64,000 nt of DNA from Pseudomonas phage sp. 30-2, in sequence record LC727697.1. One strand, written 5' to 3'. The notes beneath the pieces were generated by a model, which was given only the letters and a program-made list of their open reading frames with translations, ran no database searches and was not told the DNA's origin. Of this stretch, positions 27,409-36,344 are shown piece by piece (the stretch's first letter is position 1; every line of letters begins with the position of its first letter). Both the position numbers and the translations under genes were made by a program.

Positions 27409-27930
27409 TTATAGATTTCCATCTACATCGTTTATTCCGTTTTCGCCTGCTGCTTCTACATCAGCTATTGCACTAGGATCTATATCATCTACGTTAGAGA
27501 AATCCTGCATGCCATCTATTATTGCTTCGTCTATAAATTTCCTAGGCATAGTTATTGTCACTAACCAAATAGGCAATTCTTCTATTTTTGCTTGCTTAGT
27601 AGCTGGGTTTTCGTAGTCAGGTCTACCTGTTACTTTTTTTGGTTCTAAAAAAACATCCCTTTCGTACTTTACTTTGCAACCGTATTTTAGTAAACGCAAT
27701 CCTGCATCGGGATCTGGCATATCTTTTTCATTGTACATCCAGGTAGTAGTAACCCAATATCTAGAAATAAAGGGTCCGGCAACTAATTCTCCTTTATTCC
27801 AATTTGCATAAGAAAAAACATTACAGTTATCTAATGTTTTTTCTAATTCTATGAGCATATCTAATACTTTATTATTTCCTGCTATTTGAACTAAATTCTC
27901 TCTAGCAGTATCTGCATTGTGTTTGTTCAT
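27409..27930 (-). CDS. Hypothetical protein (~173 aa).
   Basis: The track start at 27942 is a TTG; the ATG at 27930 (MNKHNADTA) is more likely. Confidence 0.45.
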   Translation of the reverse strand: MNKHNADTARENLVQIAGNNKVLDMLIELEKTLDNCNVFSYANWNKGELVAGPFISRYWVTTTWMYNEKDMPDPDAGLRLLKYGCKVKYERDVFLEPKKVTGRPDYENPATKQAKIEELPIWLVTITMPRKFIDEAIIDGMQDFSNVDDIDPSAIADVEAAGENGINDVDGNL

Positions 27931-28014
27931 TTTACTATCCAAATAATATATTATATTTATCTACACATTAATCTTAATATTTAAAATTAGATGTAGATTT
28001 TTCTTAAGTCTTAA

Positions 28015-28022
28015 TGTATAAT
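28015..28022 (+). promoter_or_regulatory. Extended -10 element (TGTATAAT) in the divergent AT-rich region upstream of phoH.
   Basis: TGnTATAAT match with a weak -35 (TAGATT) 17 nt upstream. The same TGTATAAT element occurs on the minus strand upstream of clpP (plus-strand attataca, 39261-39268). Confidence 0.3.
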
Positions 28023-28106
28023 AACACACATAAATAACAATGTAAAGATTAGATCTTTATACATATTATCACACTAAAAATAAGATTTTAACCAGGAGTC
28101 ATACTT

Positions 28107-28880
28107 TTGAAACAACGTGATAAGCGCAAAGCTCGAGCAAGCGAAGGTCCTAACAGTACCTTTCATCTAGTAACTAACAATGTTGTTCAACCGTCTACTA
28201 ATACTAAACAAGTAAGATCTATACAAAGAAAACAAGAAGTTAAGCTAATACCAAAAAGCTTAGCACAAGAAGAATATGTAAACGCATTAGAAGACGATAC
28301 ACAGCACATTGTATTTGCAACAGGTCCAGCAGGATCTGGAAAAACATTACTAGCATCTATGTATGCAATTAAAGCATATAAAGAAGGTAAATGCGATAAG
28401 ATTGTAATTACTAGGCCAGCAGTATCAGTAGACGAAGAACACGGTTTTTTGCCAGGCACGCTAATAGATAAAATGGCTCCTTGGGTAATACCAATAATGG
28501 ATGTGTTTAAAGAATATTATTCCCCTGTCGAAATAGAACAAATGCTTATGGAAGAAATTATAGAAATTGCTCCCCTTGCATATATGAGAGGCAGAACATT
28601 TAAAAATTGTGTTATATTAGCAGACGAAATACAGAATACAACGCCTAACATGTCTAAAATGCTTTTTTCAAGAATAGGTGAGAATTGTAAAATGATAGTC
28701 ACTGGCGATATAGAGCAACACGATCGGGGCTTCGAAATAAATGGACTAAAAGATTTCTTAGAAAGACTCGATAAAGCAGGCGGCAATAAACACATAAGTG
28801 TCATTAAATTTACTTCAAAGGATATTAAACGTCATCCACTGATTGAAGATATTTTAGAAATGTATAAGGACATTAATTAA
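28107..28880 (+). CDS. phoH: PhoH-like ATPase.
   Basis: Walker A motif VFATGPAGSGKTLLA. PhoH signature PLAYMRGRTFKNCVILADEIQNTTP. TTG start at 28107 with an AGGAG RBS 7 nt upstream. A strong terminator follows. Confidence 0.85.
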   Translation: MKQRDKRKARASEGPNSTFHLVTNNVVQPSTNTKQVRSIQRKQEVKLIPKSLAQEEYVNALEDDTQHIVFATGPAGSGKTLLASMYAIKAYKEGKCDKIVITRPAVSVDEEHGFLPGTLIDKMAPWVIPIMDVFKEYYSPVEIEQMLMEEIIEIAPLAYMRGRTFKNCVILADEIQNTTPNMSKMLFSRIGENCKMIVTGDIEQHDRGFEINGLKDFLERLDKAGGNKHISVIKFTSKDIKRHPLIEDILEMYKDIN

Positions 28881-28883
28881 ATA

Positions 28884-28910
28884 AAAGGGGCATATGCCCC
28901 TTTTATTTTG
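28884..28910 (+). terminator. Rho-independent terminator of phoH.
   Basis: aaagggg-catatg-cccctttt-attttg directly after the stop. Confidence 0.75.
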
Positions 28911-28925
28911 TCTAATTATTAAACC

Positions 28926-28960
28926 CAAAATAAAACCCTAACTAGTTAGGGTTTTATTTT
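28926..28960 (-). terminator. Bidirectional palindromic terminator downstream of the HAD phosphatase gene (convergent with phoH).
   Basis: aaaaccctaactagttagggtttt flanked by A/T runs. Confidence 0.65.
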
Positions 28961-28962
28961 TG

Positions 28963-29559
28963 TTAGTTTACAATATTTTCTATTTCGGTCCAAAGTTTGT
29001 CTATATCAATCCTTATAATATTTTTAGAAGTTTTTACATTTGTATTATGAGGATGAAGTGCAAGAACAGTTTTTATACCGAGTTTATGACCTAATTCTGC
29101 GTTACCCGGATGGTCTTCTATCCAGAGAATTGCATCTTTAGAATATTTCTTTAACAATTCTTCTTTACTTAGTCCAGGCTCTATGCAATGGACTTCATCA
29201 AACACTTCTTTGCCGAATACTTCAGAGATATTGTATTTTCTATTATCTAGTGCATGTTCTTTCCCACTTAAGCTACTAATAGCAACAAAACTAAATCCTT
29301 TATCTTTTAATTTATTAATAGCATCTACTGCGTTATCCATGGGAGACAGATATCGCATTGCACTAGAATTATTAAACTCTGTTATAAGTTCATTAATGGC
29401 ATCTTTATCTAATTTTAAGTCAGATGCCATATCATACGTAGATGCAACAATATTACTATCTTGCGGTATAAGGTTTTTAGATTTCAAAAAATTTAAAAAT
29501 TCGGGATACCATTTTAAAAGTACACCGTCAACATCTACTAGTATAAGATTATTGCTCAC
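28963..29559 (-). CDS. HAD-superfamily phosphatase/nucleotidase.
   Basis: Motif I LILVDVDGVLLKW (DxDG). 198 aa. A terminator hairpin lies downstream. Confidence 0.6.
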   Translation of the reverse strand: MSNNLILVDVDGVLLKWYPEFLNFLKSKNLIPQDSNIVASTYDMASDLKLDKDAINELITEFNNSSAMRYLSPMDNAVDAINKLKDKGFSFVAISSLSGKEHALDNRKYNISEVFGKEVFDEVHCIEPGLSKEELLKKYSKDAILWIEDHPGNAELGHKLGIKTVLALHPHNTNVKTSKNIIRIDIDKLWTEIENIVN

Positions 29560-29911
29560 TAGATTCTGTCTCGCTAATTTTGGATTCTGTAGTTTCTTCG
29601 CTAGCAGTATTTGATTCTTTTATTGCAAACGGATTCTCTTTACCTAAAAGGCTATAAAATTGCCCAAACTGAATGGGATATTTTTCAGCAACATATTTTG
29701 CAATTTCGTTATATGACGCATTGCCTTCTGTTCTATTTTTATATACAGTTTCTGCCTTTGCATCTAAAATAACAGACGATTGAAGCAACACAGAATTCGG
29801 CAACTTATTAAGAAATGAACACTCTTCTGTTACTTCCCATTGGTCTTTAGTGTATTTCTTTAGTGAATATCGATGAGTCAGTACAATGTATGCTCGTTTA
29901 GTTGAAACCAT
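29549..29911 (-). CDS. Hypothetical protein; possibly the clamp-loader small subunit (gp62-like), by position only.
   Basis: Lies immediately downstream of, and start/stop-coupled to, the gp44-like gene, as the 44-62 pair is in T4. No sequence motif was recognised. Confidence 0.35.
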   Translation of the reverse strand: MVSTKRAYIVLTHRYSLKKYTKDQWEVTEECSFLNKLPNSVLLQSSVILDAKAETVYKNRTEGNASYNEIAKYVAEKYPIQFGQFYSLLGKENPFAIKESNTASEETTESKISETESSEQ

Positions 29912-29912
29912 A

Positions 29913-30842
29913 TTAAAGTCCTCGTCTGTTTCGTTCTAATTCTATAATTGTTGCTGATAAGTTTATTTCCGGATCAGCAACTAATGAGTGTTTAGATAAG
30001 CCATTTCTAATAATAAGAATTGCACTATCTTTTTGATCATCAGTGTCACCCCAAAGATCTAAATTATCATACATAAACCTATACATATCATCATACTCTT
30101 CTTGTCGTATTTGTTTACATATAAGTTGCCTTGCTTCGGAATATTTTCCATTTTTAAACAGAGCAATTGCACTAATCTTATAATCTTCTGTTGTTACACT
30201 AGATGCTTGCGGTATTTCTAATACACCACTAGTTGTATTCTGCTGAAGTACATTAATGCATTTTCTAAGATCAGGATACGTAGATTTTACGAAATCGTCT
30301 AACACTTCTAATTCAAAACTAATGCCTTCATTTAAAAGTATAGTCGCCATTCGTGTAGTAAATTCGACTTCATCTACTTTTTCTACGTGGAAACTCTGAC
30401 AACGACTATGTAATGCAGGGATAATTTTATTTTGATAATTACCTGTAAGAATAAATCTACAAGAATTTGAATATTGCTCTAATATTCCACGAAGTGTTGC
30501 TTGTGCATTTATACTTAAATGGTCACACTCGTCTAGTATAATATATTTAAAATCACCGAACGGTAATGTAGAAGCAAACCCACTAACTGTGTCCCTAATA
30601 AAATCTACACCGTTATCTCTAGATGCGTTAATGAACAGACAATCGGCATCCATTACTCCTAATTCATTTAACAGTAACCTAGCTAAAGTAGTTTTGCCTA
30701 CACCGGGTGTACCGGTAAGCAAAAGATTTCCGATACTTTTATTGTCTATCCAACTTTGTACTTGCTTCTTTTGTTGTTCACTAGTAAATACGTAATCTTC
30801 TACTTTTTTAGGACGATATTTTTCTGTCCATAATTCTTTCAT
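29913..30842 (-). CDS. g44: Clamp-loader ATPase subunit (T4 gp44 / RFC small-subunit-like).
   Basis: Walker A LLLTGTPGVGKTTLARLL. DEAD-like ILDECDHLS. 309 aa, typical for the gp44 family. Confidence 0.8.
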   Translation of the reverse strand: MKELWTEKYRPKKVEDYVFTSEQQKKQVQSWIDNKSIGNLLLTGTPGVGKTTLARLLLNELGVMDADCLFINASRDNGVDFIRDTVSGFASTLPFGDFKYIILDECDHLSINAQATLRGILEQYSNSCRFILTGNYQNKIIPALHSRCQSFHVEKVDEVEFTTRMATILLNEGISFELEVLDDFVKSTYPDLRKCINVLQQNTTSGVLEIPQASSVTTEDYKISAIALFKNGKYSEARQLICKQIRQEEYDDMYRFMYDNLDLWGDTDDQKDSAILIIRNGLSKHSLVADPEINLSATIIELERNRRGL

Positions 30843-30855
30843 TAGATATTATGCC

Positions 30856-31182
30856 TTAATTATAAACTCGTGTTTCTACTATTATATTGTCTTCTGGCTC
30901 TTCATCGGATATCAATAAAATAGAATCTATTTCAGCACAGTAATATACATTTTGCTCTGTAGTGTGTACTGGACGGGACCAGCGACCGTGCTTAATTAAC
31001 ACCCATTGGCCTACAACAAATGTATCTTTTTGATCTTCTCTTATATGGGATACTTGTGCCCACCGAGCGCGGATGCCGTGTGACTTACCGTTATCATCTG
31101 TAAAAATAATACCGCCTACAGTGCGTTCGCCTTTTTTAAAATTAGTTACAATAATGTTGTTATGAAGTGGTATTATATTCAT
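30856..31182 (-). CDS. GroES/Cpn10-like co-chaperonin (T4 gp31 analogue).
   Basis: The N-terminus MNIIPLHNNIIVTNFKKGERTVGGIIFT parallels GroES [28 protein letters not shown]. The C-terminal half is divergent. Confidence 0.55.
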   Translation of the reverse strand: MNIIPLHNNIIVTNFKKGERTVGGIIFTDDNGKSHGIRARWAQVSHIREDQKDTFVVGQWVLIKHGRWSRPVHTTEQNVYYCAEIDSILLISDEEPEDNIIVETRVYN

Positions 31183-31183
31183 T

Positions 31184-31525
31184 TTAAATATCTTTATTAC
31201 TATCTTCTGTTATAGTAATGTTCCCTTCGTCATCTATAATTTCTTTCTTACGTTTTTCTTTTGTAACTTTTTTAGATTGTACTACTTCTTCGTGCTCATC
31301 TTCTTCATCTAGATTGGGTTTGATAGAAGCTGTTGCAGTTTCTGTTTGATGTTCAGAATGGTATCTGTGAACTCGCTCGGCAGCAGTTTCTATAATTTCG
31401 CCGCCTGGACCCAACTTGTCGCCTTTTGCGTTAACATTCATGTTTCCTACTGCAACTACATTTTCATTTTGAATACGGAGTGAATCCATATCTACTAATA
31501 CGCCATTGTTAGATTTTTTTTGCAT
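31184..31525 (-). CDS. Hypothetical acidic protein.
   Basis: ORF only. Glu/Lys-rich C-terminus. Confidence 0.4.
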   Translation of the reverse strand: MQKKSNNGVLVDMDSLRIQNENVVAVGNMNVNAKGDKLGPGGEIIETAAERVHRYHSEHQTETATASIKPNLDEEDEHEEVVQSKKVTKEKRKKEIIDDEGNITITEDSNKDI

Positions 31526-31537
31526 AATTAACTCCTT

Positions 31538-32047
31538 TTATTTTAGAAATTCTTTTATATCTAAATTATATTTTAGTGAATCTACTTTATGCACGCCTAT
31601 TAAAAATAATACATAAGACGCAACACTAGACCCGCGACCCACACCCCAGATAAGGCAATTTTCCCTCATATATGATACAAAATATATCATAAATCTTAGC
31701 ATATTGTATAAACCGCGTTCTTGAAAGAGTTTCAGTTCCATTAATACTCTTTCTTTTTGTGCATCAGTGTCACATAAATTTAATATAAAAGAATCTATAT
31801 CTATATTTTTAAATTCCGGTGGCATAAACCATTCTGAAGACATTTTTTCATGAAATTCATCAACAGAACAAGTTAAGTGTTTCGTCGTATTAAGTTTATG
31901 CAACCCTAACACTTGTTCTACGTGCATATTATACTTGTTTATGTCTTCGTTGTCAACAAAGAGTGGATCTCCCAGCTGGTTCCCTTGCAAAAGGATATTT
32001 ATGCCTGTTGTTATAGTTATTTCTTTTCTATTATATTTGTCGTTCAT
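31538..32047 (-). CDS. DnaE (DNA Pol III alpha) palm-region fragment; truncated. Likely a remnant pseudogene or repurposed fragment.
   Basis: ERVLMELKLFQERGLYNMLRFMIYFVSYMRENCLIWGVGRGSSVASYVLFLIGVHKVDSLKYNLDIKEFL aligns with the DnaE hallmark segment (RLxYELxVIxxMGFxGYFLIVxDFIxWAKxNxIxVGPGRGSAAGSLVAYxLGITxxDPLxxxLLFERFL). The ORF stops just before the catalytic PDFDxDF aspartates would occur. No PHP domain is present upstream. Confidence 0.5.
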   Translation of the reverse strand: MNDKYNRKEITITTGINILLQGNQLGDPLFVDNEDINKYNMHVEQVLGLHKLNTTKHLTCSVDEFHEKMSSEWFMPPEFKNIDIDSFILNLCDTDAQKERVLMELKLFQERGLYNMLRFMIYFVSYMRENCLIWGVGRGSSVASYVLFLIGVHKVDSLKYNLDIKEFLK

Positions 32048-32738
32048 TTAAAACATCAACTATGTCTACAACATTGTCTTCAGTTTCTACATTTATACCT
32101 AATTCTTCTTTTATTGCAGCTTCGAACTTATCGTTAATATCATTTAACACATGTCTTGTACAAACAGACATTTGTACTTCTTCTAATGTACGATTTTCTA
32201 AATCAGGAACATAATCAAATGTATCTACATCAACCCTATCCCACCACGGCACGTCCCATATAGGTTTTTCATCTTCATTAGGAAACATATCGTCTATTGT
32301 AGGAAGATCATATATTTCATCTACATGTTTTCCGAATGTGTAACTAAAATTACTATCGTCTGATATAATAATGTCACCTATAGATAGCTTACCATCTGTT
32401 ATAGATGAAATCTTAGAATGAAAAACCATTGCTAGTGTTTTTAAATCTTTAGGAAAACTAGGAACACCTATTATGTTATTTTCTGCTATATCATACAACA
32501 TAGAAATTCTAGTATCGCTCATATCGACGATAATACTGCCTTCTACGTAATTAGAAATCCAGTAATCTATTATATTTTTTTGAACTTCAAAATCAATTAA
32601 ATCTTCACCGTTGCTTGCATCCTTTGCAGGAACGAATCCAATTATAATTTCCCATTCAGTTTCTTTCAATACAGAAGTAAGAACGTGTGTTTTAAATTTT
32701 CTTTTAAAAGAATAAAACCCTTGTACGTCAGCAAACAT
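32031..32738 (-). CDS. Hypothetical protein (235 aa).
   Basis: ORF only. Acidic. Confidence 0.45.
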   Translation of the reverse strand: MFADVQGFYSFKRKFKTHVLTSVLKETEWEIIIGFVPAKDASNGEDLIDFEVQKNIIDYWISNYVEGSIIVDMSDTRISMLYDIAENNIIGVPSFPKDLKTLAMVFHSKISSITDGKLSIGDIIISDDSNFSYTFGKHVDEIYDLPTIDDMFPNEDEKPIWDVPWWDRVDVDTFDYVPDLENRTLEEVQMSVCTRHVLNDINDKFEAAIKEELGINVETEDNVVDIVDVLNERQI

Positions 32739-33035
32739 TTATTTGTTCCTTTTTGTTATACGGTCTAATGCAGTTGGGTCACCCGATACTTTACCTAAAT
32801 TAATAGGAGCGAGGGGATCTATACCTTTTGCCATATTTTCTTTTGTTAATTGCTCATTACGTGCCTTGGTCATCCTGTATTCGTATTCTTCTTCTAGTTG
32901 TGCCAGTGTTATTTCTACACTGTGTATTAAGGTATGATGGCCAGCCATATGTGCTTGATTTAAATATTCCCTTGCTTTCATCAATCTAGACTGTAATTCT
33001 TCATCTGTTAATTTAGACCAATCGCCGTTAATCAT
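32739..33035 (-). CDS. Hypothetical protein (98 aa).
   Basis: ORF abutting the previous gene. Confidence 0.45.
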   Translation of the reverse strand: MINGDWSKLTDEELQSRLMKAREYLNQAHMAGHHTLIHSVEITLAQLEEEYEYRMTKARNEQLTKENMAKGIDPLAPINLGKVSGDPTALDRITKRNK

Positions 33036-33063
33036 ATAGAAATTCCTTTTCCTATATTATATG

Positions 33064-33094
33064 GCAAAAAAAGGGCACCTGTCAAGTGCCCTTT
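33064..33094 (-). terminator. Hairpin terminator downstream of the GC-rich membrane-protein gene.
   Basis: gcaaaaa-aagggcac-ctgtcaa-gtgccctt. Confidence 0.6.
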
Positions 33095-33110
33095 TACAAC
33101 TATGCAGGTC

Positions 33111-33611
33111 TTAGCTGCGTCCGGAAAAGTGCTTGAGCCAGTCGTCCAACTCATCTTCACTAGCATCGGCAACTGTTTGCCGTTTTGAATCCGAACTACT
33201 AGTACCTACTAGGACTTGTTCTCCGGACTTATATGCTTCCGTCTCTGCTAGCTGTCGCTCTAGGTTCTCTCGGAGCACAGCAGCAGAAACAGCTCGGTAA
33301 GTAGACGGTTTGCCAGTTAGTTCTAACTCAACTAGGCCGAAGGTCATAATCCCTATCAAGCCACGGAGAAAAAATGCAGCGTTGAGCCACATAGTATTTC
33401 GCCAATGAATTAGATGATGCTTAGTAAAACGAATACTGCAAATTTTTTCCTTTAATTCGGCGAAAAAATATTTCAGTCGCAATACTCGCATTTTACGAGC
33501 AATAGCTTTTTTCTCTTTTTCCCCGATTACCTTGCGGTGCGCTAGTGGATCTGCATTTGCATCGGTAGCTTGGGTATTTACAGAAGTATTTTTTTGGTTC
33601 ACAGTTGCCAT
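33111..33611 (-). CDS. Hypothetical membrane-anchored protein on a GC-rich island.
   Basis: One TM helix (MWLNAAFFLRGLIGIMTFGLV). Local GC is about 50% versus about 30% background. A terminator hairpin lies downstream. Confidence 0.5.
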   Translation of the reverse strand: MATVNQKNTSVNTQATDANADPLAHRKVIGEKEKKAIARKMRVLRLKYFFAELKEKICSIRFTKHHLIHWRNTMWLNAAFFLRGLIGIMTFGLVELELTGKPSTYRAVSAAVLRENLERQLAETEAYKSGEQVLVGTSSSDSKRQTVADASEDELDDWLKHFSGRS

Positions 33612-33633
33612 TGCATGTCTCCAGCGGCGGTTA

Positions 33634-33936
33634 TTAAAGTATATGCGTAGTATAAAGCGTATAATGTACGTCGTCTAGTGGCAATTTATATGTACTAATA
33701 TAGGTAATATTTGTAAGTTCTATAATTCTGTTTAGTATGTCTGAGTATGTCGGTTTCGCATCGATCCCGATGGCTTCATAATCTTTAAACCAAGCCATTT
33801 TAGTAAATATTATAGAATCTTCTGTAGAATATAATTCTTGTATTGTTCGTTTTATTTTTGCCACAAGGAAAAATACATTTCCGTCTTCGCCGCCTATATC
33901 TACAGAATACTTTGATAGGTCCCAGTGTTTAGTCAT
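33634..33936 (-). CDS. Hypothetical small protein.
   Basis: First of five serially overlapping small ORFs. Confidence 0.4.
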   Translation of the reverse strand: MTKHWDLSKYSVDIGGEDGNVFFLVAKIKRTIQELYSTEDSIIFTKMAWFKDYEAIGIDAKPTYSDILNRIIELTNITYISTYKLPLDDVHYTLYTTHIL

Positions 33937-34264
33937 TTGTCGTTATATGAAAAAGTAAACCAGTGCGCCATACATATACTCTAGTAAATTCAGATCCAAC
34001 ACTTAGTGTAAAATACACAGCATCGTCATGATTCTTAAAAGCAATATATTTGAAGTCATTGGCGTCTACAGCTACTCCAACAAATTCAGAAGTCCGCCGC
34101 ATATCTTTTATTATATTATCTATTTTTCTTCTATATGAATCTATTTCATCATTAGAGTAATCCTTACAAGCAGGCGACCATCTACTATAATAAACAGGTT
34201 TAGTGCTCATGTACATCAAGGGATTATCTTCGGATACTAAATAATCGGAATATAATTTTTTCAT
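33929..34264 (-). CDS. Hypothetical small protein.
   Basis: Start overlaps the downstream gene by 8 nt. Confidence 0.4.
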   Translation of the reverse strand: MKKLYSDYLVSEDNPLMYMSTKPVYYSRWSPACKDYSNDEIDSYRRKIDNIIKDMRRTSEFVGVAVDANDFKYIAFKNHDDAVYFTLSVGSEFTRVYVWRTGLLFHITTND

Positions 34265-34518
34265 GTTCTTTCTGATATTCCATTAATAAATATATATGGA
34301 TATTTTATCCTAGCTATTATTTCAGATTCGGGTGAATTAAAATAAAATACTTCGTATCGTTCACCGTCTTTAAACGTGTCGTGCCACCCTATATCACTTC
34401 TAAATTCAGTAAATAGCCATTTTCTAATTTTTCTTGTATTATTATAATCAGATTTAATTGTAATTTTTAGCATCTTTCTTTTCAAAAAGTTGCCTAAGGT
34501 TTCAGTGACAAAATCCAC
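34261..34518 (-). CDS. Hypothetical small protein.
   Basis: 4-nt ATGA-type overlap with its neighbour. Confidence 0.4.
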   Translation of the reverse strand: MDFVTETLGNFLKRKMLKITIKSDYNNTRKIRKWLFTEFRSDIGWHDTFKDGERYEVFYFNSPESEIIARIKYPYIFINGISERT

Positions 34519-34778
34519 GAATCTAGAAATTTTTTATAAATAATTTCATCACTAGCAGTAGCAAATGATGCATCTATATTTGATTGATCCCTTAAATTTA
34601 CTATATGAGTACGCCCATATTTTGTTAGAATTTCTATTCTAATTTTTCCAGATATAAAAGAAACTACATACTCTTCTGTGGATTTCTGGTACTTAACTTC
34701 AGCAATTGTGTTTAGTGGTATTATTGTTGAGTCTTCCGTGACTAATACTTTCATTCCCTTACCTTTTATTATAAACAA
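34494..34778 (-). CDS. Hypothetical small protein.
   Basis: Overlapping small ORF. Confidence 0.4.
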   Translation of the reverse strand: MFIIKGKGMKVLVTEDSTIIPLNTIAEVKYQKSTEEYVVSFISGKIRIEILTKYGRTHIVNLRDQSNIDASFATASDEIIYKKFLDSWILSLKP

Positions 34779-35038
34779 AGTTTTATTAGAACAAGAATAT
34801 GTTCAGCATCCATGTCGGTATTGTACACACGAACCGGAAACGGCTTTTTAGTTCTAACAAACCGGGCAGAACGCTGCGAGAGAATCCGTTTAATAGAATA
34901 CCGCGGCGATCCTGCCGACCAATTTTTTCTGCCATGACCAAACTGACTGTTCATAAAAGAAACAAATTTATTAAACTGCTCAACGTCGTCGAAGTCGATT
35001 TCGAACTTAACATCCTTGGCGTTGCTGTTCGTAGACAT
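34769..35038 (-). CDS. Hypothetical small basic protein (GC-rich).
   Basis: ORF with elevated GC. Overlaps the previous ORF by 10 nt. Confidence 0.4.
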   Translation of the reverse strand: MSTNSNAKDVKFEIDFDDVEQFNKFVSFMNSQFGHGRKNWSAGSPRYSIKRILSQRSARFVRTKKPFPVRVYNTDMDAEHILVLIKLCL

Positions 35039-35085
35039 TGCGTTGATACCCGGTAGTTATGTTGATTTGTACTTATAATATATTA

Positions 35086-35523
35086 TTACTGCGCATGTTG
35101 CAACATATATTTTGTCCAAGCCAAGATAATTGCGTGTTTCACTATAGCATAATTTTGAAAATAGAATTCCTCACCTAAACATTCTCTATAATTATCAGGT
35201 GACACATCAACCCCATACCATGCAGTTCCACCCTGTGTTTTGCAATTTATATAAAGCTGTGCTTGGTTATCTGAGATTATATCCACAATTCCTACGTCGC
35301 AATCGACCGTAACCTTTTCAGAAAGTTCTAATATATTGCATAACGGTACAATCCTTCCGCATACTGTTTTGACAAAACATATGTGTTCTGCTACATCAAA
35401 ATGAGTCATTAACGGATTATTATATAATTTAAATAGATCACTAGATACGTCTCTTTGACCACTTATATCTTTATAAATATTGTTATATATCGGATTCTTT
35501 CCGAACTTCGGATTCATAGACAT
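35086..35523 (-). CDS. Hypothetical protein (145 aa).
   Basis: ORF only. Confidence 0.4.
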   Translation of the reverse strand: MSMNPKFGKNPIYNNIYKDISGQRDVSSDLFKLYNNPLMTHFDVAEHICFVKTVCGRIVPLCNILELSEKVTVDCDVGIVDIISDNQAQLYINCKTQGGTAWYGVDVSPDNYRECLGEEFYFQNYAIVKHAIILAWTKYMLQHAQ

Positions 35524-35890
35524 TAAATTTTCCTCCCGGATACCGTGCCTCTAGTTTTTCCACGTTCATGCCGATTATTTCATCTAGGGAAATATCGAGT
35601 GCAATACAAGCCGAAACAACATAGAACATTACGTCGCCTAATTCTCGTTTTAGATGATATACCACATCATCTGTATATTCTTTTCCTTGATATTTAAGTT
35701 TCTTAACAATTTCCCCAAATTCACCCGATTCTGCTAGCATACCCTGGCTTGCAGTATCTAATGTTTCTATCTTACAGCCATTTGCTTTGAGCTTTTTTAG
35801 TGCATCAATATATGCATCGAAATTAGAACTCGGTTCACTAAGTAGTTTCTGTACAAATTTAGTATAATTATTGTTTGTGCTCATTGTCAT
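35483..35890 (-). CDS. mazG: MazG-like nucleoside triphosphate pyrophosphohydrolase.
   Basis: Motif KRELGDVMFYVV (EExxD/ELGDxxxY MazG helix) plus EFGEIVKKLKYQGKEYTDDV. Confidence 0.7.
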   Translation of the reverse strand: MTMSTNNNYTKFVQKLLSEPSSNFDAYIDALKKLKANGCKIETLDTASQGMLAESGEFGEIVKKLKYQGKEYTDDVVYHLKRELGDVMFYVVSACIALDISLDEIIGMNVEKLEARYPGGKFNVYESEVRKESDI

Positions 35891-36344
35891 CCCCTGACGT
35901 TAATACTGTTACGTTTGCTTGATTAAATAGCCATTTAGATACTTTTAATTCTTCTGTCCATCGGTCATTATATCCAGTGTCTTGTATTAATATAGATTCG
36001 TCTATTATAACATGTGTTATACCGGACTGAATAATAGCCCTTGCACAAGATGCACACGGATGATGAGTTGTATATAAAACACATCCTTTTAATGATACAG
36101 TGGCTTGATATATTGCATTTCGCTCTGCGTGCTCGCACGCTAATAACTTAAACTCTCTATTATTATAAAGAGATTCGTCGTCATCTACTCCCTTCGGAAA
36201 TCCATTAAACCCAAAACTAACAGGTTCTCCGATTTTAGTTACAATTAATGCACCCGTTTTAGTAGATGGATCTTTAGACCAAGACGCTATTAATTTAGTT
36301 AATTCTATTAACCTGGTTTTCCATTTTTTATCTAATATGTTCAT
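35868..36344 (-). CDS. cd: dCMP deaminase (zinc-dependent cytidine/deoxycytidylate deaminase).
   Basis: Zinc-binding motifs HAERNAIYQA (H-A-E) and PCASCARAI (PCxxC). Confidence 0.8.
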   Translation of the reverse strand: MNILDKKWKTRLIELTKLIASWSKDPSTKTGALIVTKIGEPVSFGFNGFPKGVDDDESLYNNREFKLLACEHAERNAIYQATVSLKGCVLYTTHHPCASCARAIIQSGITHVIIDESILIQDTGYNDRWTEELKVSKWLFNQANVTVLTSGDDNEHKQ

